64,000 nucleotides of DNA, from the NCBI RefSeq assembly GCF_036588685.1, contig NC_086380.1, positions 15,686,001-15,750,000 on the forward strand. Direction: 5' to 3'. The DNA is from Mytilus trossulus (Eukaryota). Positions 42,140 through 53,900 of this stretch are shown here, piece after piece. A program made the translations under genes and the position numbers. Every line of letters starts with the position of its first letter. Position 1 is the first letter of the stretch. The notes beneath the pieces were generated by a model. It ran no database searches. It was given only the letters and a program-made list of their open reading frames with translations, and was not told the origin of the DNA.

Positions 42140-42472
42140 TTCACAAATGATATCTGAAATTTTCCTTACGTCGCAACTACAATCCCCTTCCCTTTGTGAC
42201 CTATCGAATTAAGACTATTTACCGGATTTGTTATCACTTAAGCAACACGACGGGTGCCACATGTGGAGCAGGGTCTGCTTACCCTTCCGGAGCACCTGAG
42301 ATCACCCCTAGTTTTAATGGGGTACGTGTTGCTTATTCTTTAGTTTTTTTTATGTTGTGTCATTTGTAATGTTGTAATATTGTTTGTCTTTTTCATTTTT
42401 AGACATGGCGTTGTCAGTTTATTTTCGATTTATGAGTTTGACTGTCCCTCTGGTATCTTTCGTTCCTCTTTT
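42140..42472 (+). mobile_element. 3' end fragment of a Penelope-like retroelement (same family as 62190-62930)
   Basis: Shares CACGACGGGTGCCACAT...GGAGCACCTGAGATCACC... with the copy at 62190-62500 (-), which is attached to RT C-terminal coding relics. Confidence 0.7.
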
Positions 42473-42519
42473 AGGCTGATGCTGATGGATAATTTTATAG
42501 TTCATAGTAGAATTATTTC

Positions 42520-42975
42520 AGCTTTATTTCCGTCTTTTTTATATTAAGAAATTTATAAATATTTTGTATTTGAACGTATAAGCTGGTTGAGTCACTTATG
42601 TTTCATATATGACAGGAAATTTTCAGCTGTTAACTATATAACGACTCTTCTAAAGGCTGCTGGTACTGAGTATTTCCAGAAGTCCATTAATATAAATAGA
42701 ATTCTGGTATTTTTTATTTTCTCTTTAACGTATGAAGTTTTCGAATGACACCTCTGTAGGAATTGCTACTCCTATATTATTTTCTTCTTAAATTTTAATA
42801 AAACTGTTACCCAATAGTTATTAGTGTCTATTGCTCTTCGCTTTAGATCCTAAACCAACTTTAATATGTTTGTATCGTCGGCAAATAAAAAGGTTTTTAA
42901 ACTAACCACTTCTGATAAAACGTTTATATACAAAACACACGGTATGGACCTAGTTCAGAGACTTGAGGCATTCCA
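42520..42975 (-). mobile_element. Decayed CR1/L2-type LINE reverse transcriptase relic
   Basis: The minus strand reads GMPQVSELGP..(frameshift)..YINVLSEVVSFKTFLFADDTNI, matching the GVPQGSVLGP...YINDL...LFADDT pattern of LINE RT domains 4-5. The distal boundary is approximate. Confidence 0.65.
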
Positions 42976-43206
42976 GGAAGGAAATTAATAGAAATGAGTA
43001 AATTCACTTTGCATCATGATACAACGCAATTTATTCTGTTTTGTCGTGTTTCGTTTAGTATAAAGTCTAACTGCACAAGTGTGTCGGTACTATTGGAAAT
43101 TTTCTATAAAAAAAAAAAAAATAGCTGCCACATATATCATTTATAAATTAACTAATAAATTTTGAAAATGATAAACGCAACAAAATACTAAAATTTAGCA
43201 TGTGAT

Positions 43207-43277
43207 GACAAAAAGTTCGATCCAGCTACAGCCAACATTCTTTGTTTTCAGCTATAACTATCATACACTTTCATGTC
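43207..43277 (-). promoter_or_regulatory. Eukaryotic SECIS element (type II) in the SelL 3' UTR
   Basis: Minus strand: helix I GACATGAAAGT/ACTTTTTGTC; core ATGA-T (43264-60) opposite G-GA-T (43223-20); helix II AGTTATAGCT/GGCTGTAGCT; unpaired (G)AA; mini-stem AACA/TGTT. Begins ~40 nt after the TAA stop. Confidence 0.9.
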
Positions 43278-43317
43278 GAAAATCAAATACTATGTGTAGT
43301 TCCAGTTTTTGTCACAT

Positions 43318-44223
43318 TTATTTCTCACAACCTTTAATAGCTTCAAGTACGGTTGGAATCGATGGTCTATCGCTCGAAGTTTGGCTGCAATACAAAAAGG
43401 TGACATCTCCATTTTTATTAATAATGAAATCGCCTCCCATCTGAATTGCATCGTCATGGATGTTTTCGTAAGGTTTTGGTAGTGGTATACCCTGTGTCAT
43501 CTTCTCTGCATAATATACCATACTGCCAACTCCCCAAACTTTTGCAACTGACCTTGGAAGACCAAACGCTAAATAAATTCGTCTTTCAGTATCCAAAAGC
43601 ATCGGGAAACTCGACTTTGTTTCTTCTAACCACTTTTCCGCACCTTCTATTAGTCCAAATGAAATCAGAATTACTGACCCGTTTGCTTTTGTAATGTCAT
43701 CCATGGCTCTTTCGAGTTGTGCAACGTGATTTCGTCACGGTAATCACGCGAAATGTCTTAGTAGAACAAGAACAATGTGCTTTCCGCCTGCTAAGAACTG
43801 TTCTATGGATGTAGATTGTCCAGAGCGTGCATCCACCAGCTCAGTATCAACTGGTGCTTTATCTCCTATACTCAATACTTTTCCATCAGACAAAGCCCCC
43901 ATTCTTTGATCAAGGTCTTTTAGTATAGAATCCCATTCCACCTCTGTGTCAACTAATTCATCGTGCAAGTCTCTAACATCTGAATGTCTAAAATATTTTC
44001 TGATCAATCGTTCAAATTCCTCCTTGGTTTTGACATCGTGCTTTTGGAATATATTTTTGTAAACAAACGCAAGACTAAACAATTTCTTTATTTTGTCATC
44101 TACGAATACTGAGAAACCATTCTCCTCTCTCAAAATTTTCCTACTATATTTAATCAACTGCTCTTCTTCATCAAGTAGTTCTTTAAGAGAAGACACTATT
44201 CCCGCAACGACTTCGTCTGCCAT
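43318..44223 (-). CDS. SELENOL: Selenoprotein L (thioredoxin-like AhpC/TSA fold, UxxU motif), 301 aa, CDS without introns
   Basis: ORFs 43744..44310 and 43318..43704 are in the same frame and are joined by TGA-TTA-CCG-TGA-CGA-AAT-CAC..., giving VLVLLRHFA-U-L-P-U-RNHVAQL. Downstream PMLLDTERRIYLAFGL and QMGGDFII are typical of this fold. SECIS downstream. ATG at 44223 preferred; an in-frame ATG also exists at 44310. Confidence 0.93.
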
Positions 44224-44903
44224 TACTTTGTTTACATGATTGCCACGCCCCCTTCTGAAACGGAAGATAGAAAATATACAAAGTAAAGGTTGAAAACTGT
44301 TTCCGGACATTTTTAAGTTTCATAGCTGCCAACTTATTTTATACTAGTTAACATCTTATTTTTAAACATTATATGAAATTGATATACTTTAATAGTGTTA
44401 ATTTACTGAATACTTATACATGTAGGAAAATTTTAATATAATTATATTACAATCTGGCCAAGGATTCATATAAATTCTTCATCTGACCCCTTAGAAGAGG
44501 AGACCATGTCCTTGTTCGTCATAGCAGAGATAAAAGTATACTCCTCTTTGCATACATATTTGAGTCACATTTGAATTCCACAGTCTATAAACTTACTCGT
44601 GTAAGCTTTTATTCCGAAAATTAAGTTATGCAATAGAAAAAAAGCTTTTATCAAAGCATTTGTATACAAACTATTACATCATTTGTAACTTCTGTTCTAT
44701 TATCGATTCATAATTGTATTGTTGTAAACACATTAATGATTAATTATGTTTTACCTGACTATTACATTTATAGATTGTTTTCCCCTACTGCTAGTTACCG
44801 GGCCACACAGGTATGACAGTTTAAGGTCAGATTACCTGTACAATTTTATATATCAACATTGTGGTATTTCACGTAAACAAAATGGATGTTATGAACACAT
44901 GAA
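44224..44903. promoter_or_regulatory. Divergent intergenic region between SelL and the hillarin-like gene
   Basis: 680 bp between start codons. GC-box GCCACGCCCCC (~44242-52) and ETS-like CGGAAG and TTCCGG (~44261, ~44301). Confidence 0.45.
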
Positions 44904-47900
44904 ATGTCTGGGGATATGGATGTTCCAGTGAAAATAGACGTTCAGGAAGGCCGAGGAGAGGATGGATCGTACAAATATTCCTTTACGTATGAAAGAGCGA
45001 CATTGTATGAATTCAGATTTGAACGAAAACCAAATCCCGACCCAAAGGACCCTTGCTTTCGGTGCTACCGCAGGGTTCGAACATCAGATCAAGTCAATGT
45101 TGGTGTTTTATTCCATAAACAATGTTTTCGGTGTCGGATATGTGGACTTCCGTTGACAATGCAGACATTCCACAGAAACGATGCGAATGGGACTTCAGAC
45201 AAAGAAGTTTATTGCAAATCTCATGTGGGTAAACTTTTGGACCAGGTCCGATATGAGAGACAACCATTAGACATAGAGAATGCTTTGCCGTCCACGGGAT
45301 ATGTTATACAGGTATACATGACAATCTTTTAATGTACGACTTTCTTTTTATGTATGTTGTGGTTATAATAAATCACAGAAAACGCTAAGTTTGACGAAAA
45401 ACAAACCAGGTACGAATTGTCTGGTCTGTGTTGACTATATAACACAGAATAGAAGAGGAGTTGGATATAGAACTAATACATAGTACATGTATCTATCAGT
45501 CCCAGGTTGGCTGAAAAATAACAGAGCATATGATAGATCATATGTGGTTGTATAATTTTCTTGTGGTTTAAGGTTTTTGTAAATTCAGGCATTTTAAATT
45601 ATAATTATAAGATTGTACAAATGTATTGAAGCCATCTTGAGTTCATATGAAACTAGAACGGGACTACGTATGATCATCCTGGCCTACCCCAGCTGACGCA
45701 TAATATATATCCGTGTTCATTCATGACTCAAGTCTTTGATACTCATATAAAACACACCTAATGCAAACTAATCAATAAAAGGTATTTACTATTCATGACT
45801 TAATGTTGATATAAATAAATTGTGTTGAAATATGCTTCACTGCTTAAAATAGAGATAAGGCTCCTAAAACGTCGCCATAATTTTCTTCTAAAATCAGCGC
45901 GTTGCAGTTTACATTTAAACCATCTGTGAAATCGATTTAAACTGCTATATCTATATTTTAGTTATTTAAATTAAAAGTAGTCAGTCACTTTAATATTTAT
46001 TACATATAATATATAACAATAATCTCTAACGGATTTCAATTTCACAAGATAACACATGTATCAGTGTTTTGCCTTACAGGTAGATTTAATTTGACTGATG
46101 AAAACCTTTGCATTTTATTGTTTTTAATTTGAATAAATGTAAGTTTATATGATCTGGTTTTGAGTACACCCTATTACCGACTGTCACTGCAGTAGAGTAC
46201 ATCCTATTTCCGACTATCACTGCAATAGAGTACACCTTATTACCAACTATCACTGAAATAGAGTACACCTTATTACCGACTATCACTGCAATAGAGTACA
46301 CCCTATTACCGACTATCACTGCAATAGAGTACATACTACTACCGACTATCTCTGCAATAGAGTACACCCTATTACCGACTATCACTGCAATAGAGTACAC
46401 CTTATTACCGACTATCTCTACAATAGAGTACACCCTATTACCGACTATTACTGCAATAGAGTACATCCTATCTCTGACTATCACTGCAATAGAGTACATC
46501 CTATCTCTGACTATCACTGCAATAGAGTACATTCTATTACCGACTATCACTGCAATAGAGTACACTCTATTACCGACTATCACTGCAATAGAGTACATTC
46601 TTTTACCGACTATCACTGCAATAGAGTACATTCTATTACCAACTATCACTGCAATAGAGTACATCCTATTACCGACTATCACTGCAATAGAATACATTCT
46701 ATTACCGACTATCACTGCAATAGAGTACATTCTATTACCGACTATCACTGCAATAGAGTACACCCTATTACCGACTATCACTGTAATAGAGTACATTCTA
46801 TTACCAACTATCACTGCAATAGAGTATATCCTATTACCGACTATCACTGCAATAGAATACATTCTATTACCGACTATCACTGCAATAGAGTGCATTCTAT
46901 TACCGACTATCACTGCAATAGAGTACACCCTATTACCGACTATCACTGCAATAGAGTACACCCTATTACCGACTATCACTGCAATAGAGTACATTCTATT
47001 ACCGACTGTCACTGCAATAGAGTACATTCTATTACCGACTATCACTGCAATAGAGTACATCCTATTACCGACTATCACTGCAATAGAGTACACCTTATTA
47101 CCGACTATCACTGCAATAGAGTGCAGTAGGATCTTTGTACCCTACTGCACCTGTAGTACCGACAATTATTAATAGTGCGTTTTGAAGAGAAAAACCTCAA
47201 TTAACAATAAAATAATGGATTTAAAGACATAAACTAGTGAAGAAACTTATATTTCCTGTAATTTCCTCAAATTCTTTAAGACTGGATAATACTGAAAAAG
47301 TTACAAGTTGCTGGAAATACAAGATATGATACGGCTTGTACATTATAGTTTAACGTTTGTTCGGAATTCCCGATATATAGGTGGATAGGTGGTTACGTTT
47401 CCTTGATTTTAAATGTTTTGACAAGTACAAATAAAATAAACTGCAACAACAAATTCGATATAGCAAAGGGTTAATGTTTTAAATGTGTGTAATACCATTA
47501 TGAAAAAGAGAAAAGTTTAAATATGAACCAGGTTTCATCCACGATTTTCGACAAAAGGAAATGTCTGTACCAATTCAGTAATATGAAAGTTGTTTTCTAT
47601 TCGTTTGATGTGTTTGAGCTTTTGATTTTGCCATTTGATAAGGTACTTTTCAATTTGAAATTCCCTGGAGTTTGATATTTTTGTTATTTTAATTTTTGCC
47701 AAGAACGCACTGTCTTAAAGACGCCAACTCGGTTCTGACCCACGTACAAAGCCAGTGTTTCATTTTTGGTGTTTTGAGTAAAAAAAAGTAACATAATGTT
47801 CAAATCATATTGAAATGTATGTTAAATATTTATTGAAAATACATATATTAGCCATTCACAAATGTATGAAAAGGAAGTTGTTATTAATATGAAATATATT

Positions 47901-50900
47901 AAATTATTTGAATCGCTCGTTCATTAATGTCTAAACAATTTGACATGAGTGTCAAATAAAATGTATCGTTTACTCTTTGCTTTCATCTATCAGCTTCCAG
48001 ATATATGATCAAGTCACGTGTTTGACACATGGTCAACTGCTCGGAGTCCTTTGTCTTTATTCACCAGGTACCACCGGATACATTGTCGCTTGACAGTACT
48101 GAAAGTCTATCCAGAAGATTCGTCATTCTGACAGACAATATTAACGTTTATATCCGTAGACTTGTCAACTATAAACAATTTATTTCGTATACAAAATGAA
48201 TACGATTCATCGGAATTGTCATTAAATTGAAACATTTCTCCAATATTACATCTTGATCCACAAAACTCAATTTGACAGTGAGGTATTAACGGGATTGATG
48301 CCTTTTATCGACTCATTTCCCATGACATGGGAGATTTGTTGATGTAGAACGCAACAGGTCCTCGCTCTATAAATCACTGAAATTAAGTTTAAATCTCAAA
48401 ACAGATTTCCTTACCACATTGAACAAATTGGATTTTGAATCTACAAACGAAACTATTCATTAATATCATGCTGGAAGTACTACTATATCAATTCCAGAAA
48501 CACAATTTCAGGTTCTTAATTTTAAAGAGTACGTTTTGTCATAGGATTTTGCAATAGCTATTCAGGTCCACCAAGAACTCATGTATTATTATTCTACTGT
48601 TCAAATCATATTTATATTTATTTTATTTTATTGGTGACTGCTACTTCTCTGTTTGGTTGTCATTTGATTGGTTCTTGTCATACAAGAACACTGACAGGAC
48701 TGGGGACACTCTATATGTCTTTCGTTTATTTATGTTTTTGGGGAAAAACTGTCTCGTTGACATATAGTCGACTTTTCCCTCATATACATATACAAAGTAT
48801 TTGTGTTCGTTATATACCTTGTACCTTCTCAAATATAACTGATAAAAATGGTCATTTTGAAAAGTTTAAATGCAATTAAAATGTATGTTGACGGCATCAT
48901 AAAATCGTCACCTTAAAGTGTTTCTATTTTAAGGATTTTCCGCTGTCTACGACATGCAGTATTAAAAACAAAAAAAACAAAGAATACACAGTGAAACTTA
49001 CATGTTACACCACATTCTTTAATTTTGAAAGAATTCCATTTATTTAAAGTTAAAAAAAATACGCATAGCACAGTACATGCAGAAAGCTAGAACTAAGGGG
49101 AATTGTAAAAGGATTTTAAAATCTATTGTTCTTTTACGATTTAAAAATTTGAAAAGATTTTTTTTAAAAATATTTTTGATTTACAAAATAACAAAAAAAA
49201 GAACGCATACATACACGGATGGAAATGAATATATAATTTATTGTTTTTGTTAACAATTTACACATTTTAATGTGTTTTAACATTTATGGTTTAAAATATA
49301 CGAAGTTTTAACATACCATAAGTACGAATGACTTGGAAAAGAAAATTTGGTGGTGATAGTTTGATTGTTGCTTTTTTTAACGTCCAGTTTCAACTTCTTC
49401 ATGCATGTCTACGACGAGAAGAGGATAAATTAGAAATGATAACTTAGATTCAGCAGAGGGAACTGTTGGGATAATCGACGGGTAACGTTTGCTTCTGATA
49501 TAGATAGGGGATAAGAGCATTTAAGATAGGGGTAACATTGTGTTTTAAAATGGTCTCCTTCATGTGAAGGGAGAGCATGTTTTAATATTTTCCCTCCACA
49601 TTCTGACCGAACGTGGCTGCGAATTAATAACTTGGAACAGCCAAAACGAACTCCTAACTTTGGCTCAAGTTATACTGTGGGAAAGTGGAAGACCAGAGAT
49701 AAACAATGTTATACCCCAGTCAAGAAGCAAAGTAAATTATGCAGCGATTTATTAATTCGCTATAAGAAAACAGACCCTTTTATAGTTTGCACCTGTCCTA
49801 AGTCAGGAATATGATGTTCATAAGTTGTCGTTTGTTGATGTGGTTCATAAGTGGTTCTTGTTTCTAGTTTTTTTCCATATAGATTAGAACGTTGTTTTTC
49901 CCGTTTGAATGTTTTTACACTAATATTCTTTTGGGGCAATTCATATAGCTTGCTGTTCGATGTGAGCCAAGGTCCCGTGTTAAAATCCGTACCTTTCACC
50001 TATAATGGTTTAATTTATAAATTGTGACTTGGATGAAGAGTTGTCTCATTGGCTCTCATACCACATCTTCCATTGTCCTCTTAAATCAACCAGTCTTAAT
50101 CTTAACTGTCCTCATGTCGAGATGTACATTGTAAAACCGTAATAAAAGCATTTCGGTTCATTATACATTATTATTTTGCTGTAAATACTTTCGTGACATC
50201 TCCTATAAACTACCCTCAACTTGTTTGAGATCAGTTGTTCGAGTAACTACTATACATAGAATAACTAGTAAAATAAAACTTATTGTGTTCGAGTAACTAC
50301 TATACATAGGATAACTAGTAAAATAAAACTTATTGTGTTCGAGTAACTACTATACATAGGATAACTAGTCAAATAAAACTTATTGTGTTCGAGTAACTAA
50401 TATACATAGGATAACTAGTAAAATAAAACTTATTGTGTTCGAGTTACTACTATACATAGGATAACTAGTAAAATAAAACTTATTGTGTTCGAGTAACTAC
50501 TATACATAGGATAACTAGAAAAATAAAACTTATTGTGTTCGAGTAACTACTATACATAGGATAACTAGTCAAATAAAACTTATTGTGTTCGAGTAACTAC
50601 TATACATAGGATAACTAGTAAAATAAAACTTATTGTGTTCGAGTAACTACTATACATAGGATAACTAGTAAAATAAAACTTATTGTGTTGTATTTACTAC
50701 TATACATAGGATAACTAGTAAAATAAAACTTATTGTGTTCGAGTTACTACTATACATAGGATAACTAGTCAAATAAAACTTATTGTGTTCGAGTAACTAC
50801 TATACATAGGATAACTAGTAAAATAAAACTTATTGTGTTCGAGTAACTTCTATACATAGGATAACTAGTAAAATAAAACTTATTGTGTTCGAGTAACTAC

Positions 50901-53900
50901 TATACATAGGATAACTAGTAAAATAAAACTTATTGTGTTCGAGTAACTACTATACATAGGATAACTAGTAAAATAAAACTTATTGTGTTCGAGTAACTAC
51001 TATACATAGGATAACTAGTAAAATAAAACTTATTGTGTTCGAGTAACTACTATACATAGGATAACTAGTAAAATAAAACTTATTGTGTTCGAGTAACTAC
51101 TATACATAGGATAACTAGTAAAATAAAACTTATTGTGTTCGAGTAACTACTATACATAGGATAACTAGTAAAATAAAACTTATTGTGTTCGAGTAACTAC
51201 TATACATAGGATAACTAGTAAAATAAAACTTATTGTGTTCGAGTAACTACTATACATAGGATAACTAGTAAAATAAAACTTATTGATGGAGACAAGCCCA
51301 CAATCTCTAAACCTCCGAGCAAAAGGTGATTTGTAGATGTACTTTATATTAAAACTATCAGATGTTTGTGTTATGTCACAGTTTATGCATTGAACCCTTT
51401 TCCCCATAAAAATAACAAATAAAAGTAAGCACGTCCAATTTGTTTGAAATTTAAAAGGAGCTCTTTATGATATCTATAAATCAAGTCGCTGCTTTGCAGT
51501 GTTTGCCCTGAAACTCAGTGTTGGATGTCCTGTGTTCGACTAAGTCAAGTACGCGAGTAAACGAAAACAAAGTTAAGCTTTCAGTCAGAGTAGTGTCACT
51601 GTGTTTGGTTAGGGCAACATGTTTGATTGCTGCAGTATGAGCAAGCATATTATCGTTCATTATATATGTTGTGTACAAGTTGTAATGTTGTACACATTAT
51701 AATTTGTGCAGATATTTTGTACAAGTTATCAGTGTTTTATGAACTGCTTAACTCAAATGGATGATTCAAGCACACAGTCTTTTGTTTCGCATATTTCTGA
51801 CATATTTTCACAACTACATGATACAATCTAATACTGAACATTGATACAAAAAAAACATCATATGACAACAGAAAACCTTTTGACAAATTGTGGATATGAA
51901 TATGGTATCAGGAGAAAAATAATAATAGTTGAATTAAAACCATTCAGGTAACCTCATTTCCAGTTGGATGACAAGTAGAATAGCACTGAATGTTAGTTTG
52001 AAGTATATAAATTTGAATTTAAAACATTTTAGAAGATAAAACTGTATCACCTGGTGCAAGAAAGTATGTGTCAAAAAACTTATGACTTGTGCAAAAACTT
52101 TATAATTTGTAAATACAATTTTGATAATTTGTACTAAAAATTTGTACGTACACATTTTTATAATTTGTACATACAATTGTTATAATTTTTTTTTTTTTAA
52201 TTTGTACATTCATTTTTTACTTTGTACATATGTACTTACATATTGTACACACCATTATAAATAACATACATTATTTGTAATATTTGCCACTGAACGTGAA
52301 GCCGTCACAGATCAACCAGCGGCTGTGGTAGACTCCCATAATCACATAAATGCATTGTATTTCTTAATGTAATACGAGTAGCAATAGACCATATCATCTG
52401 ATTACTCTACTGTTACCTTTTTACAGGTAACACACAGGTAAGATCGGCCATGTTTTATTATTGTTTACTAACTTATGATCTATAAATCTATAATTGTACA
52501 CGCAGTCAATATATAATAAATTATCGTTTGTATTACTCAAGAGAATTAATAATCTGGATATCTAAACACGAATGCAAACAATTAACGAAAACTCGAAATC
52601 CATTGAACCAACGCGTCTATTTTGTCACTTTGACACACTTTTATAGTTATTTCTGATATTAATCATACACAAAAATGTGTTGGTTTTGAATGTACGACAA
52701 TTTAATCGGATTATTTCATACAATACATCGAAGGTGTAACATTCCTTAAGTCGTTTTCAGAATACTAAGGGCCCATAAACGGACTAGCACAAATTTGTCT
52801 TCAATTTGCAAAAAAATATATTTCTTCCTTTTCCAAGTTCAAATGAGGCTCTTACATTTTTTAGTATTTCCCACAATTTGTTACAGTCTGGTCGTCTCTA
52901 TCAACTTGTCAACTAACAATTAATTGTGTAAATTGCATGTTATAAATGTTGATGGTACCCCTTAAGGCAAATAGTTACAAGTAAGCTATGTAAATTGTTG
53001 AAAAGAAAATGATATAGCAAAAGTATGTAATTTAGATATTTAAATTATGTGAGAAAATTCAGTGAATTACTTGATAATTTTTATTTCCAAATGGTTCACT
53101 TCACGGAGATGATCGAAACTAGAAAAGCTGGCAAGGTTTGAATACCATAGTTTGTTATGTAGGAGAGTTTCTGTATATACATTGTCATAAACTCATTATT
53201 CTGTAAATTTCTTATTTTTCTGTCTTAACATTTCCAAATACTTATTTTCACAGCTACCAGGAGAAAATAACAAGAATCTTTCGAGAAGTTCTAGTCCCAA
53301 GCCAGTTCCGAGCCCTCGAAATAGCCCAAGGGTTAGTCCGAAGATAACAAGAGCTTCAACACCTAGAGGAAACCTCACAACAGACTCAAGCCTGGTCAGC
53401 GTTACACCTAGGAGTACCATGAATGATATATCAAGTTTCATGCAGACGCCTCATAGCTTGGACTATAGTACCATGTCAGCAACCAGCTATCTAAGACCAA
53501 AACCACCACTGCAAAGCTTTAGTGTAAGATTGATTTTTATATGTTTTCTTCTTTTATCGCCTTTGTCTTTAGAAATATATCAAATGTTCTTTGCAAGGCT
53601 TCTGTTACATCTTATAATACTTTCAAAAACGGTTTCATCGCTAGTTTTGCTGTTGGGTTTGTTTCTTGTATACGTTTCAGATAACTTCAATATTTTCTTA
53701 CCACTGCAAAGTCGTGCTGTTCTAGTAGCAAGCTTTCAGTGACAATGTGTCCTTTTCTAAAAAAAACATATAGTATTTTCATTTATTTGGGACCACAATG
53801 ATGTTTATAAAGACGATATGATGAAAAAGTGAAATATGTGTACATTAAGAACAAACGGAGAGATACCTTTTTGTTTCATTTTAGGACTACTAAATGTCCA

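Noticed and set aside
43108-43121. A-run near the SelL 3' end as a retrocopy poly(A) tail
   Set aside because: It is on the wrong strand (a U-run in the SelL transcript).
43318-44310. Interpretation as two genes or as a pseudogene with nonsense mutations
   Set aside because: Both stops are TGA at the CxxC positions, the frame is otherwise intact, and a SECIS follows.
46086-47111. 341-aa ORF of VIVGNRMYSIA repeats
   Set aside because: 33-bp intronic tandem repeat antisense to the hillarin-like gene; no canonical ATG start or unique domain.
50237-51285. Regular repeat superficially like a CRISPR array
   Set aside because: No unique spacers, no cas genes, and a eukaryotic context.
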